A stretch of DNA of 64,000 bases from a virus (IMGVR_UViG_3300023296_001079:147-64146), one strand, 5' to 3'; positions 48,206-57,246 are shown, numbered from the stretch's first letter. Numbers and translations are program-made. The notes: generated from the letters alone by a model not told the origin.

Positions 48206-49417
48206 ATGAAGCTAGAAGGCAGGCAGGTTGCGGCCTATGACACCATCATGACGTCCCAGGAGCCCCTGGTGGTCCTCACAGGCAACGCTGGGACGGGAAA
48301 GTCCACGGTGCTGGCGGAGGCGGCGGCCAGCGGGGAGTTCGATATCCTGACCCCCACCCACAAGGCGGCGGACGTCCTCCGAAAGAAGGGGGTGTCCAGC
48401 CCCCGGACTTATCACTCTGTCCTGTACGCTGCCCAGGAGGAGATTAAATACGTCCTGCCGGACGGCACGGTGGAGGAGGTCTGGGAGTTGGAGGACGTCC
48501 CGGAGGAGGGGAAGATTCTCTCCCGGACGCCCTGGTTCGGCAAGCGGGCTGTGACCGGGCAGGCAAAGGTCAAGGCCCTTGTGGACGAGGCCTCCATGGT
48601 TCGAGAGAAGGAACTGGACGACCTCATGGGGGCCTACCAGCAAGTGGTCCTGGTGGGAGACCCCTTTCAGCTTCCTCCGGTCAAGGCCAGGGACCTGTTC
48701 AGTGAACTGGACGTGGACATTCACCTGGACGAGGTCCACCGGGTGGCGAAGGGCAACCCGATAACAGCCTATGCCAACGCGATCCGCCGGGGCGAGGACC
48801 CCAAGCCGGACGGCAAGATAATTGTCCCGCTGGATCAGAAGAACCCTGACCTCTACAAATGGCTGACCGCCAGGGATGTCCAGTCCGTGGTCTGGACCAA
48901 CAACCTCAGACACCACGTCAACCAGCGATTCAGGGAGACCCTGGGCAGGGAGAGAGGAACCGTCGAGGCGGGAGAGCCTCTGGTCTGCCTGTCCAATATC
49001 CGCAAGAGCCTGGACGGGGAGAAGGTTTACCAGATTCTCTACAACGGCCAACTGGTGACCGCTGCAACTCCCCCGGCCACTGGCAAAGGTCCCTATCTCC
49101 CCCAGGGCCTGAACCTGGACGAGACCGCGGACGGGATTCGGGTCTGGCCCTTCTGGGACTCCGGACACTGGGCCGCCCGGGCTTTAAAGGGACGGGACGG
49201 CTGGGAGGAGAAGGTTCGACGCCTGGGGCGGGCCTACGAGTTCGATTATCCATACGCCCTGACCGCGCATAAGGCCCAGGGGTCCGAGTGGGACCGGGTG
49301 GCGGTCTGGGACCAGCGTCCACAAATGAAGCGGTGCATGTCGAGAGAGGGCGTGGCCCGGTGGTATTACACGGCCACCACCCGAGCGGCGGAAAGGCTTC
49401 TTTTGATAGCGGCATAA
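48206..49417 (+). CDS. RecD/Dda-like SF1B helicase
   Basis: GNAGTGKS, PTHKAA, VDEASM, GDPFQLPPV, YALTAHKAQGSEW, YTATTRA. Confidence 0.9.
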   Translation: MKLEGRQVAAYDTIMTSQEPLVVLTGNAGTGKSTVLAEAAASGEFDILTPTHKAADVLRKKGVSSPRTYHSVLYAAQEEIKYVLPDGTVEEVWELEDVPEEGKILSRTPWFGKRAVTGQAKVKALVDEASMVREKELDDLMGAYQQVVLVGDPFQLPPVKARDLFSELDVDIHLDEVHRVAKGNPITAYANAIRRGEDPKPDGKIIVPLDQKNPDLYKWLTARDVQSVVWTNNLRHHVNQRFRETLGRERGTVEAGEPLVCLSNIRKSLDGEKVYQILYNGQLVTAATPPATGKGPYLPQGLNLDETADGIRVWPFWDSGHWAARALKGRDGWEEKVRRLGRAYEFDYPYALTAHKAQGSEWDRVAVWDQRPQMKRCMSREGVARWYYTATTRAAERLLLIAA

Positions 49418-49435
49418 AATAATTTCAAATAATAG

Positions 49436-49464
49436 TTGACGTAGGTAAAGGGGCCCTTTAAAGT
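49436..49464 (+). promoter_or_regulatory. Sigma70-type early promoter
   Basis: TTGACG-17-TAAAGT with AT-rich UP element. Confidence 0.8.
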
Positions 49465-49513
49465 GGTGAACATACAGAGACAGACAGAAACAAACAGGAC
49501 GGGAGACCAAGCG

Positions 49514-49735
49514 ATGAAAGCCTCAGACGTTAAAACCTTCGATCTGGTTGCGGTCGAAGTGAACGAGAACCCCGTGGGGACCCCCGTGGTCCTCATGGGC
49601 CGGGTGGGAACGGTCACTCACCGACTGGCGAACGGATTTGCCGTTTTCGGAATCTTCTCGGTCACGGGGGGATTCGCCACAGTCCGGACGGACGTGGTCA
49701 ACCTGTTGAGTCGTCCGGGCGAGGTGGCGGCATGA
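49514..49735 (+). CDS. Small early hypothetical protein
   Basis: GGGAG RBS directly after the promoter; ATGA coupling to the next gene. Confidence 0.6.
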   Translation: MKASDVKTFDLVAVEVNENPVGTPVVLMGRVGTVTHRLANGFAVFGIFSVTGGFATVRTDVVNLLSRPGEVAA

Positions 49736-49944
49736 CCTTCAACCTGCCCAAGAAGCACGCCCTCCGAATCCGGAGCCTCTACAACTCCAGCAACGTCTCC
49801 CGAATCATGCTGAACGCGGGGGATCCAGGCCGGGCGGACTATCTGGAATATGTTTCCGACTGGAAGAACCACGGCGCGAAGGCACGCCGCGACCTTCGCG
49901 CCGAGTACGGGATAGAGATTCCCGGGCACAAGTATCCAAGTTGA
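49732..49944 (+). CDS. Small early hypothetical protein
   Basis: GAGG RBS, coupled start. Confidence 0.6.
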   Translation: MTFNLPKKHALRIRSLYNSSNVSRIMLNAGDPGRADYLEYVSDWKNHGAKARRDLRAEYGIEIPGHKYPS

Positions 49945-50054
49945 TTCTGGGGTTTATCTGTGCCACACTGAACCACGGCCCCGGGTGAGTAAGGACCCCC
50001 AAGTCCCCGTCTTGTTCAAGCAACCTGGGGCCGCTTTAAACAGGAGTACAGAGA

Positions 50055-50606
50055 ATGCAGACTGTCTACCACCACACGTCCGTTGCCCATCTTCCCTGGA
50101 TAGTCCGGGATGGTTCTCTGGTACGCTCCCCAGCGTGGCCTGACCCTGTCCCCATGCCAGCGGTGGTCTGGGCCACCACGGACCCTGCGGGAGACCGCAC
50201 GGTGGCGGCCTGTAGCCAGCGGACCCCTGCCCTGATTCCCCGGGCCCGTATCGCCTTCCCCCAGGACCTTTTCCTTCCCTGGGTAACAGAGGCTTTAAAG
50301 CTGAAGTCCGAGGCCGTGGCGGCGGCCTGTGACACGGCATACCGGATGGTCCAGCCCAACGTCACCGGATGGTTCATGTCCTATGAGGACGTCCCCATGT
50401 CGGAGGCCTTCCACATTGACGTCCGCACCTATCGGACGCCCTGGCGGACGGTCGAGGTGGACACGGTCACCACGGTGTCCCCACCCGAGTGGCGGCCATG
50501 GTGGGAGGGCTCCCTGTCGATTCCAAGCGGAACATGGTCCGCACCAACCGGATGGAATACTTCAGGAACTCAACACAAATGGAGGCCTTTAAATGAAGAC
50601 AGTTGA
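50055..50606 (+). CDS. Hypothetical protein with an ADP-ribosyltransferase-like N-terminus
   Basis: VYHHTS..HLPWIVRDGSL...VVWATT resembles the YHxT...L..I...G.L start of ART folds. Confidence 0.5.
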   Translation: MQTVYHHTSVAHLPWIVRDGSLVRSPAWPDPVPMPAVVWATTDPAGDRTVAACSQRTPALIPRARIAFPQDLFLPWVTEALKLKSEAVAAACDTAYRMVQPNVTGWFMSYEDVPMSEAFHIDVRTYRTPWRTVEVDTVTTVSPPEWRPWWEGSLSIPSGTWSAPTGWNTSGTQHKWRPLNEDS

Positions 50607-50865
50607 CATATATCTGGACCACCCCCGCGCCGGGTTCGGCTGGCGGCGGGTCATTCAAATAATGCAGGGGCCCAAGTGGACCTCCCTGTTTGACCCTGCC
50701 ACCCTGTTCCACTTCAAGCTTCCCACGGGCTCCCAGGCTGTTAAGCTGGCCAAGGACCGGGGGGCAGTGGACGAGGCCGCTTTGCGCCGGAGGATAAAGG
50801 CTCGACGCCGGGCAGGTTTTACTGACAACGCCCCAACAGCCACAAAGGAAGCTTTTCAAGTTTAA
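50593..50865 (+). CDS. Hypothetical protein
   Basis: GGAGG RBS, 90 aa. Confidence 0.6.
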   Translation: MKTVDIYLDHPRAGFGWRRVIQIMQGPKWTSLFDPATLFHFKLPTGSQAVKLAKDRGAVDEAALRRRIKARRRAGFTDNAPTATKEAFQV

Positions 50866-50870
50866 CGGAC

Positions 50871-51082
50871 GCCTAGCCGGAGGCCTTCCCCGAGTATCGT
50901 TTTCTCATTCGGGGCAGCATTTCCGGCAGCGGAAAGACGGCGAGTGCCGCTGCACAATAACCCCGTCACTAGGTGGGCCCTATCGTTACCTCCTGGGGCC
51001 GCGACCTACTCTCCCGGTGCCGGTGCCGGAATGCTCCGGTATTCAGCCCATGCGGTGTGCGCGGGCCCACCGGCACCGGGGG
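50871..51082 (+). ncRNA. Candidate structured non-coding RNA
   Basis: Multiple complementary stems in an intergenic gap (see finding); strand assumed from the flanking operon. Confidence 0.45.
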
Positions 51083-51103
51083 GATTGCTTTAAAGAGGAC
51101 CAC

Positions 51104-51304
51104 ATGGCCGAAATATATTGCTCCTCCTATTTTTGCGAACACCCGACCTGCCCGCACAAAATATCGGTGGGGAAAAAGCACAGCCTGGAGTTCAACATGG
51201 TCGAGTTCTACTTGTCCCCCATCCGGGGAACCCGGGACTGCCCCGGATATATGAGACTGCCCAGGCCTCCGAGTCTGGTCCTGAAACAGGATGACAACCT
51301 ATGA
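51104..51304 (+). CDS. Small Cys/His-rich protein
   Basis: GAGGA RBS; C..C...C.H...C pattern. Confidence 0.5.
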   Translation: MAEIYCSSYFCEHPTCPHKISVGKKHSLEFNMVEFYLSPIRGTRDCPGYMRLPRPPSLVLKQDDNL

Positions 51305-51648
51305 CACAGACGCCTCTTGACGCCCGGGACCTGATATACCGGCTGGAGACCGTGCCGGATGGGGACATAGCCCTCTCACGGGACGTTTTGGCCTTCCTGG
51401 GCCATAAAGGACCGGGGGAACGGACCCTGGACCAGTGCGCCATCTATATGGAAGTGGCCATCCTTCTGTGGCGCAAACACCGTGCCAAGGAAGAGGCGGC
51501 AGGCCGGTCCACCATGGAGGTGGGTCACCCGTTCAGCTTTGTGGACGGAGACTCCTTGCACCCCAACATATTTTCCGGCAAGGGCAAGACCCACGCCTTG
51601 CGTGTGTGCGCTGCCTTGGTTCGGGCCCAGACGGGGATTCGGGACTAA
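51301..51648 (+). CDS. Hypothetical protein
   Basis: Coupled to both neighbours (ATGA and TAATG). Confidence 0.6.
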   Translation: MTQTPLDARDLIYRLETVPDGDIALSRDVLAFLGHKGPGERTLDQCAIYMEVAILLWRKHRAKEEAAGRSTMEVGHPFSFVDGDSLHPNIFSGKGKTHALRVCAALVRAQTGIRD

Positions 51649-53531
51649 TGCAATTTCCTCTTTTCAAGCCAGAGGTCACCTGGGCCCCACCTGACAACCT
51701 GCCTGTCCTGGACAATCTGGTGGCCCTGGACTTCGAGACCAAGGACCCCTTCCTGAAGAAGCTGGGCCCAGGCTGGTGTTTCCCCCACGGCGGCAGGATT
51801 GCCGGGGCCGGGTTGGCCACGGCCCAGGGCTCCTGGTATCTGCCGACCGGGCACGAAGGCGGCGGCAACCTGGACGAGGGCACGGTCATCCGGTGGCTGA
51901 AGGCCATGGCGGCGGACCCCGCCAGGACCTGGGTCTTTTGCCATGCCCTCTATGACATGGGCTGGGCGCGGCGGTACGGAATCGAGTTCGCAGGCCCGGT
52001 GGTGGATATCCAGTTCCTGGCCTCCTTGATAAACGAGGACGAGGACAGCTATTCGCTGGACAATATGGGCGAACGTGAACTGGGCAAGCGGAAGGATACG
52101 AAAAAGCTAAAGGAGGCCCTCGCCTCCTACGGTTTAAAGGGCCTGGGCGACCTGTATAAACTCCCCGCCGCATGTGCCGGGGAGTACGGAGAAGGGGACG
52201 CTTCCCTGACCCTGGACCTTTACCATCATTACATGCCGATCATCGCGGCCAACAGGCTGGAGCGGGTCAACAGGCTGGAGCACAGCCAGATTCCCCTCCT
52301 CCTGGACATGCGGGCAGACGGAGTCCGGGTCAACGTCAACAAGGCGGAGGCTCTGTCCGGAGAATTGAAGCTGAAGAAGGCGGAGGCCCTGGAAGAGGTC
52401 AAGCGCCTCACAGGAATCCAGGTGAACCCATGGGTGGCCCAGTCCGTGGCGGCGGCCCTGATCGAGTCCGGGGCAGTGGCGGAGGCCGATATCCCCCGGA
52501 CCCCCAAGACGGCCCAGCCGAGTATCGGCGCGGACTGGCTGGAGGGTCTGGACCATGAGGTCCCCAGGCTGATTCTGGAGTCCAGGAAGGTGGACAAGAT
52601 GGAGTCCATGTTCGTCCGGAACTATATCTTGAACCACGCGGTGAACGGGCGGGTCCATTGCTCCTTCCACCCTTTAAAGGGTGAGGTCGGAGGGGCGGAA
52701 ACGGGCCGGTATTCCTCCTCCAACTTCAACTTCCAGAACCTGCCAAATCCAGAGAATGACCCTATCTGGGCATTCCGTCTCAGGAGCCTCATAGAGCCGG
52801 ACGAGGGGGACGAGTGGGCCGCCGTGGACTATTCCTCCCAGGAGCCCCGCCTGATCATCCACTGGGCCGTTAAGATGCGGGCCCCCGGTGGTGCGGCCAT
52901 GGCGCAACGGTTCCGGGACGACCCTTCCACCGACCTTCACCAGATCACGGCGGACCTTTGTGGGATTCCTCGCAAGCCTGCCAAGATCATAAACCTGGGT
53001 CTGGTCTACGGAATGGGCGGTGCTGAACTCTGCCGACAGCTAGGCCTCGCCACCCAGTGGAAGGAGGTCACTTTCCGGGACACAAACGAGACCAAGGAGA
53101 TTGAGATTGCCGGGGAAGAGGGCCAGAGGATACTGAACCAGCACGCCAAGGAGTTGCCCTTTGTGAAGTCCATGGCGGACACTATGAAGAACGAGGCCAA
53201 GCGGAGCGGGTTCGTCACCACCCTGTCAGGCCGCCGGGGTCATTTCCCCAAGAACGCCGCCGGGCAATATTGGTATATTCACAAGGCCTTGAATAAGCGA
53301 ATCCAGGGCAGCGCGGCGGACCAGTTGAAGCAGGCCATGGCGGCCCTGTGGAAGGAGAAAATAAAGATTCGGGTCACGGTCCATGACGAGGTGGGCCTGT
53401 CGATCACAGACAGGTCAGAAGCTAAACGGGCGGCGGAGATAATGGAACATTGCCTGCCCCTGGAGGTCCCGTTCCCCGTGGACGTGGACATAGGGACGAG
53501 TTGGGGAGAGGCCAAGCCGGTCACCCTTTAA
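51648..53531 (+). CDS. polA: Family A DNA polymerase with 3'-5' exonuclease
   Basis: ALDFET (ExoI), TGRYSS..NFQN, VDYSSQEPR (motif A), RKPAKIINLGLVYG (motif B), TVHDE (motif C). Confidence 0.95.
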   Translation: MQFPLFKPEVTWAPPDNLPVLDNLVALDFETKDPFLKKLGPGWCFPHGGRIAGAGLATAQGSWYLPTGHEGGGNLDEGTVIRWLKAMAADPARTWVFCHALYDMGWARRYGIEFAGPVVDIQFLASLINEDEDSYSLDNMGERELGKRKDTKKLKEALASYGLKGLGDLYKLPAACAGEYGEGDASLTLDLYHHYMPIIAANRLERVNRLEHSQIPLLLDMRADGVRVNVNKAEALSGELKLKKAEALEEVKRLTGIQVNPWVAQSVAAALIESGAVAEADIPRTPKTAQPSIGADWLEGLDHEVPRLILESRKVDKMESMFVRNYILNHAVNGRVHCSFHPLKGEVGGAETGRYSSSNFNFQNLPNPENDPIWAFRLRSLIEPDEGDEWAAVDYSSQEPRLIIHWAVKMRAPGGAAMAQRFRDDPSTDLHQITADLCGIPRKPAKIINLGLVYGMGGAELCRQLGLATQWKEVTFRDTNETKEIEIAGEEGQRILNQHAKELPFVKSMADTMKNEAKRSGFVTTLSGRRGHFPKNAAGQYWYIHKALNKRIQGSAADQLKQAMAALWKEKIKIRVTVHDEVGLSITDRSEAKRAAEIMEHCLPLEVPFPVDVDIGTSWGEAKPVTL

Positions 53532-53552
53532 ACAGCACAGCAGGAGAACGGA

Positions 53553-53774
53553 ATGAACATCGACAAAATGAATGCGGCCATCACCCGGTATCTGGACGCG
53601 GGCGGCAAGGTGGAAAAGCTAAAGACCGGGGTGGCCAGAGGCTTGACCAAGTGGGAGGAGTCCCTGTGGACGGCCCAGGTGGGCTACACCGGACGGGTGG
53701 CCACCAACATGGCAGCCTCCCAGAAGAAGGCCACCCAGAAGTCCGCAAGGCGGAGGGCGGCCAATGTCCTCTGA
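53553..53774 (+). CDS. Hypothetical protein
   Basis: AGGAG RBS; I..YL..GGKV.KL. Confidence 0.6.
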   Translation: MNIDKMNAAITRYLDAGGKVEKLKTGVARGLTKWEESLWTAQVGYTGRVATNMAASQKKATQKSARRRAANVL

Positions 53775-53976
53775 GAATCCAGACCTGCGGTGGTTCGAGT
53801 TGTTCGGAAGGTGCGGCGGCTGTGGACGCCCTGCGGCGGGCATTCTCCGGAACAACCTGAACGCCAACATGGGCCCGTATTGCCAGAGGTGCGCCACCAC
53901 CCGCCTGGGGAGAGCCAAGCTGGAGCGGGAGCGGCTGGAAAAGAAAGAGGTTGACATAGGTAAACCCTCCCTTTAA
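53764..53976 (+). CDS. Small Zn-finger protein
   Basis: CGGC...CQRC. Confidence 0.55.
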   Translation: MSSENPDLRWFELFGRCGGCGRPAAGILRNNLNANMGPYCQRCATTRLGRAKLERERLEKKEVDIGKPSL

Positions 53977-53979
53977 AGT
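53951..53979 (+). promoter_or_regulatory. Sigma70-type early promoter
   Basis: TTGACA-17-TAAAGT; same spacer start (TAGGTAAACCC) as the promoter at 12952. Confidence 0.8.
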
Positions 53980-54014
53980 GGTTTTATCAAAACAGAGACA
54001 GACAGGAACAACCG

Positions 54015-54791
54015 ATGAAGGCCACCAAGCACAGCAACGGAGAAGTAAAGACCATCGACCTGAAGGCTGCCAAGACCAAGAAGCCCTCCATGGGCGGCAC
54101 CCAGGTGAAAGTTGTCGCCCGCAAGCCTGCCGTCAAGAACGTGGCCGTGGCCAAGAAAGCGAACGCCAAGAAGGCCAAGGCCATCAAGAACCCCGTCCAG
54201 GTGACGCGGGAGCAGTGGCTCCGCCGGATTGTCGCGATGGCGCGGCCCATGTTCGAGAAGGCCGGGTCTCCGTTGCCTGCACCCGAGAAGTTGAGGGTGG
54301 CCATAGGGCTCCCGTCCGGCTCCCGCAAGGCACGCGGCCAGTGCTTCCGTAGCGTCTGTGCGGCGGACGGCGGACGTGAGTTGTGGGTGTCTCCCACGAT
54401 TGGCGGGGCCGGTGACGAGATAAAGTTTATCTCCACCATGGTCCATGAGTTGTGCCACGCGGCCCTGGAAGACGAGGTTGGCCACACGGCACCCTTCGTC
54501 CGGCTGGGGACGGCCATGTTCCTGGAGGGCAAGCCCACCCACATGATCGGCGAGAACAGCGAGGCCTTCACCAAGGTCTGGGAGCCCATCATCAAGAAGG
54601 TTGGCCCATATCCCGGGGTGGCGTTCAATCCGGGTTCGGCCGAGAAGACCCAGAAGACCCATTTGGTCAAGGTCGCCTGCAACGATGGCGAGTGTGGAGC
54701 GGTCTTCCGGATCACAGCCAAGTGGATTGACGCCGCAGAGGGCGGCCTGACCTGCCCCGTCTGCAAGTCCGATGACCTGGGGGTGGGTTAA
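54015..54791 (+). CDS. SprT-like zincin metallopeptidase with Lys-rich N-tail and Zn ribbon
   Basis: RGQCF, VHELCHAA...GH...F, C-terminal C....C...R....W.......CPVC. Confidence 0.8.
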   Translation: MKATKHSNGEVKTIDLKAAKTKKPSMGGTQVKVVARKPAVKNVAVAKKANAKKAKAIKNPVQVTREQWLRRIVAMARPMFEKAGSPLPAPEKLRVAIGLPSGSRKARGQCFRSVCAADGGRELWVSPTIGGAGDEIKFISTMVHELCHAALEDEVGHTAPFVRLGTAMFLEGKPTHMIGENSEAFTKVWEPIIKKVGPYPGVAFNPGSAEKTQKTHLVKVACNDGECGAVFRITAKWIDAAEGGLTCPVCKSDDLGVG

Positions 54792-54796
54792 GACCT

Positions 54797-54816
54797 GGAG
54801 GCCCTTCGGGGCCTCC
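54797..54816 (+). terminator. UUCG hairpin (terminator or stabiliser)
   Basis: GGAGGCCC-TTCG-GGGCCTCC; weak U-tract. Confidence 0.55.
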
Positions 54817-54848
54817 TCTACCCTTTAAATGAAACAGGAGAACAGATT

Positions 54849-55589
54849 ATGAGTTTCCCAAAAAAGTTCACGGCTGGAGTGGCCAGCATTCTGAGTGGTG
54901 GGGAGGCAAGCCCCTGGGCCATGTCAATCCTTGTGAAGATCAGCCCCCAGACCGAAGTCTTCCTGGGCCGGGTGTTCATGGTGGAGACCACCTTGACCGA
55001 ATCCGATGGGGCCCCTCACGTTATGATTTGCCTCACAGAGACCCCGACAGGATGCCCCACAGGACGAGTGGGGACCAGGGGTGGCGGGGTCCAGTATTTC
55101 AGCCGGTTCAACCGGTCAGGTTCTGGGCAAGGCATGAATCTCCGGGCCCGGGCCCTCTTCCTGGGCAAGGGGGTCCTGACTGATCAGGTCTTGGCGGAAT
55201 TTACCAGCGCCCGGGACGGGCCCATAAATGGTCTCGTTTGCTACACTTGCGTTTTGCCGATTTCCGCTTTCGTGGAGCGGTCCCGGCGGACCAGGAGGGA
55301 GTTTGGTCAGGTGGCCATGGCCAATCCAACCCAGGCCTCTCTGCCCCAGGTGCCCCAGGTGGCCCCTCCCGTGGTGGCCGGTGCCCAGGTGGCCCAGGTG
55401 GCCCAGGTCATCGCCTCCGGGGGACCGGTGGTCCCACTGAACCCCCAGGGGGTGGCCTTCAACGCCTTGTCCAAGGCCCTGAACGACCTGGACGAGTCCG
55501 GGCTCTCCCTGGAGTATGATGGGCAGCCCATGGACGTCACCAAGATATCCGTCACCACGTCCACGCGGTGGCTGATCCGCAAAGGCTAA
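54849..55589 (+). CDS. Hypothetical protein with PQV/AQV low-complexity repeat
   Basis: Conserved leader AAACAGGAGAACAGA; 246 aa. Confidence 0.7.
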   Translation: MSFPKKFTAGVASILSGGEASPWAMSILVKISPQTEVFLGRVFMVETTLTESDGAPHVMICLTETPTGCPTGRVGTRGGGVQYFSRFNRSGSGQGMNLRARALFLGKGVLTDQVLAEFTSARDGPINGLVCYTCVLPISAFVERSRRTRREFGQVAMANPTQASLPQVPQVAPPVVAGAQVAQVAQVIASGGPVVPLNPQGVAFNALSKALNDLDESGLSLEYDGQPMDVTKISVTTSTRWLIRKG

Positions 55590-55593
55590 ACCC

Positions 55594-55613
55594 GGGAGCC
55601 CTTCGGGGCTCCC
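55594..55613 (+). terminator. UUCG hairpin (terminator or stabiliser)
   Basis: GGGAGCCC-TTCG-GGGCTCCC. Confidence 0.55.
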
Positions 55614-55650
55614 CCTTCCCCCTTTAAAGGAGGCGGCGAGGGCAACCACG

Positions 55651-55878
55651 GTGCGAGATTTTACCTTTTGCTTTTCATATGGCCATGGCCATCCGGCCCT
55701 GACCCTGATCGCCACAACCCCGGCAGGGGCGGAGGTCTTCTTACTGGAGACAGACACGGGTTGGAGAGTGTCCTACCCTGAGACGACGATTCCCGAGGGA
55801 AACACGTTCCTGCCTGCTATCGTCCTGGCCGCTGCCCGGTGGGCTCGACGCCAGCGCCGGTCCCGTGGCAAAAGCTAA
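55651..55878 (+). CDS. Hypothetical protein
   Basis: 75-aa ORF, GTG start after GAGGG. Confidence 0.45.
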   Translation: MRDFTFCFSYGHGHPALTLIATTPAGAEVFLLETDTGWRVSYPETTIPEGNTFLPAIVLAAARWARRQRRSRGKS

Positions 55879-56023
55879 AACCCGCCGGACCCGGAAACTG
55901 CGGCGGGGCGCAAAAGCTAAACAGAACCATGGAGAAGGGGCCACCCGGACGCACAAGGCCCGGGCAGGCCGTACAGGGGCCATCCGGTCCAAGAATCTGA
56001 GGAGTCGAAAGGGACGAAAATGA
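55865..56023 (+). CDS. 52-aa highly basic (protamine-like) protein
   Basis: MAKAKTRRTRKLRRGAKAK...RSRKGRK; stop overlaps the MTase ATG. Confidence 0.5.
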   Translation: MAKAKTRRTRKLRRGAKAKQNHGEGATRTHKARAGRTGAIRSKNLRSRKGRK

Positions 56024-56790
56024 AACAAAACACTTCCCACGCTGTCATGTCACAGGCCTCCCCTCAGAGCCGCCTGGGGCGGAACTTCTTCCCCACGCCC
56101 CCCTGGGCCACCAGGGCCCTGGTCAACTATCTCACGGTCGCTTACGGCCGCCCAGGGGACTGTTGGGACCCGGCGGCGGGTGAGGGCCACATGACCGTGG
56201 CCCTGAAGGATTCCATTATGCCGGAGGCCAGCGTCTGGGGGTCCGATATATTTGACTATGGGGCAGGGTTCCCTGTCCTGGACTTCCTGGCCATGGAAAA
56301 GTCTGCCGGTCCCCTGGTGGACTGGATCATCACCAACCCGCCCTTCAACAAGGCCGTGGACTTCGCCCACAGGTGCCTGGACCTGCAACCGGTGGGCGGG
56401 TTCGCCTTGCTGGTTCGGACCACATGGCTGGAAGGCGGGAAGCGTTACGAGGCCCTATTTCGCCACAATCGGCCCAGCTATGTTATGGTTTTCACGGAGC
56501 AGGTCCCCATGCTGGAAGGGGTCCTGAATCCCAAGGCCTCCTCCGCCACGTCCTATTCGTGGTTTGTCTGGGATACGGAGAAGCCGGGGCATGACCTTTC
56601 CAGGCCGGGCGGACAGACCAAGACAGTTTGGTTTCCGCCAGGGACCCGGAAGAATTTTGAGAGGGCCGGAGATTATGACCCCCTGACCCCAGCCCAGAGG
56701 ACGGCGGACGGAGTCAAGGGGTATGAGGTGGCGATGGAGGCTCTACGAAAAGCTAAAGAGGAGAAGGAAGGTGGCCCCTTTAAAGCTTGA
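56020..56790 (+). CDS. DNA amino-methyltransferase (probably N6-adenine)
   Basis: FFPTPPW, WDPAAGEG (SAM binding), IITNPPF (catalytic motif IV). Confidence 0.88.
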   Translation: MKQNTSHAVMSQASPQSRLGRNFFPTPPWATRALVNYLTVAYGRPGDCWDPAAGEGHMTVALKDSIMPEASVWGSDIFDYGAGFPVLDFLAMEKSAGPLVDWIITNPPFNKAVDFAHRCLDLQPVGGFALLVRTTWLEGGKRYEALFRHNRPSYVMVFTEQVPMLEGVLNPKASSATSYSWFVWDTEKPGHDLSRPGGQTKTVWFPPGTRKNFERAGDYDPLTPAQRTADGVKGYEVAMEALRKAKEEKEGGPFKA

Positions 56791-56998
56791 ATTAATACCT
56801 GAGGACATGCCGGAAAGGGTCCTAATGTCCGGAAGCTTGGGGGAGCGGACCTTTTTTGAAATCAAGGTTCGTGGCCCTGTGGGGGTCAACGAACTGATAA
56901 ACCTTATCCGGAAGCTGGACCTGGATCTCCAGATTCTCCGGAAGGAGGATGAGTCCGACGCTTCACCCGAATTGTTGGTTGGTCCCGATACCTGGTGA
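56771..56998 (+). CDS. Hypothetical protein
   Basis: GTG 56771 after AAGGA; overlaps the MTase end. Confidence 0.5.
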   Translation: MAPLKLELIPEDMPERVLMSGSLGERTFFEIKVRGPVGVNELINLIRKLDLDLQILRKEDESDASPELLVGPDTW

Positions 56999-57182
56999 GG
57001 AACGGAATGCGGCAGTGCTTGCAGTACCAGACCTCCGCGTACACCACCTTTTGATAGGGCCCTTTGTAGACGGCCAGTGGCTTGTACCGCATGGAGTACA
57101 GCGGGTCCCTGGTGTGCTCTCCGAGGAGGACACAGAACACGATTCGCATAAGCCAGTGGTAAACCCATTTAAAGGGAGCCAT
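56904..57182 (-). CDS. Possible small minus-strand gene with CxxC
   Basis: Fills an otherwise empty gap; GAGGG RBS; divergent from the promoter at 57218. Confidence 0.35.
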   Translation of the reverse strand: MAPFKWVYHWLMRIVFCVLLGEHTRDPLYSMRYKPLAVYKGPYQKVVYAEVWYCKHCRIPFLTRYRDQPTIRVKRRTHPPSGESGDPGPASG

Positions 57183-57217
57183 GCCCCAGGATAGCCCTCT
57201 GGGCGTCTTAAAAAAGC

Positions 57218-57246
57218 TTGCAATTTAACGGTGTCGCAGGTAAGTG
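57218..57246 (+). promoter_or_regulatory. Probable sigma70 promoter
   Basis: TTGCAA-17-TAAGTG preceded by an A-tract. Confidence 0.45.

Noticed and set aside
50926-50967. Known riboswitch or ribozyme (preQ1, SAM-II, HDV-like, twister)
   Set aside because: I could not match the conserved core nucleotides; left as an unclassified structure.
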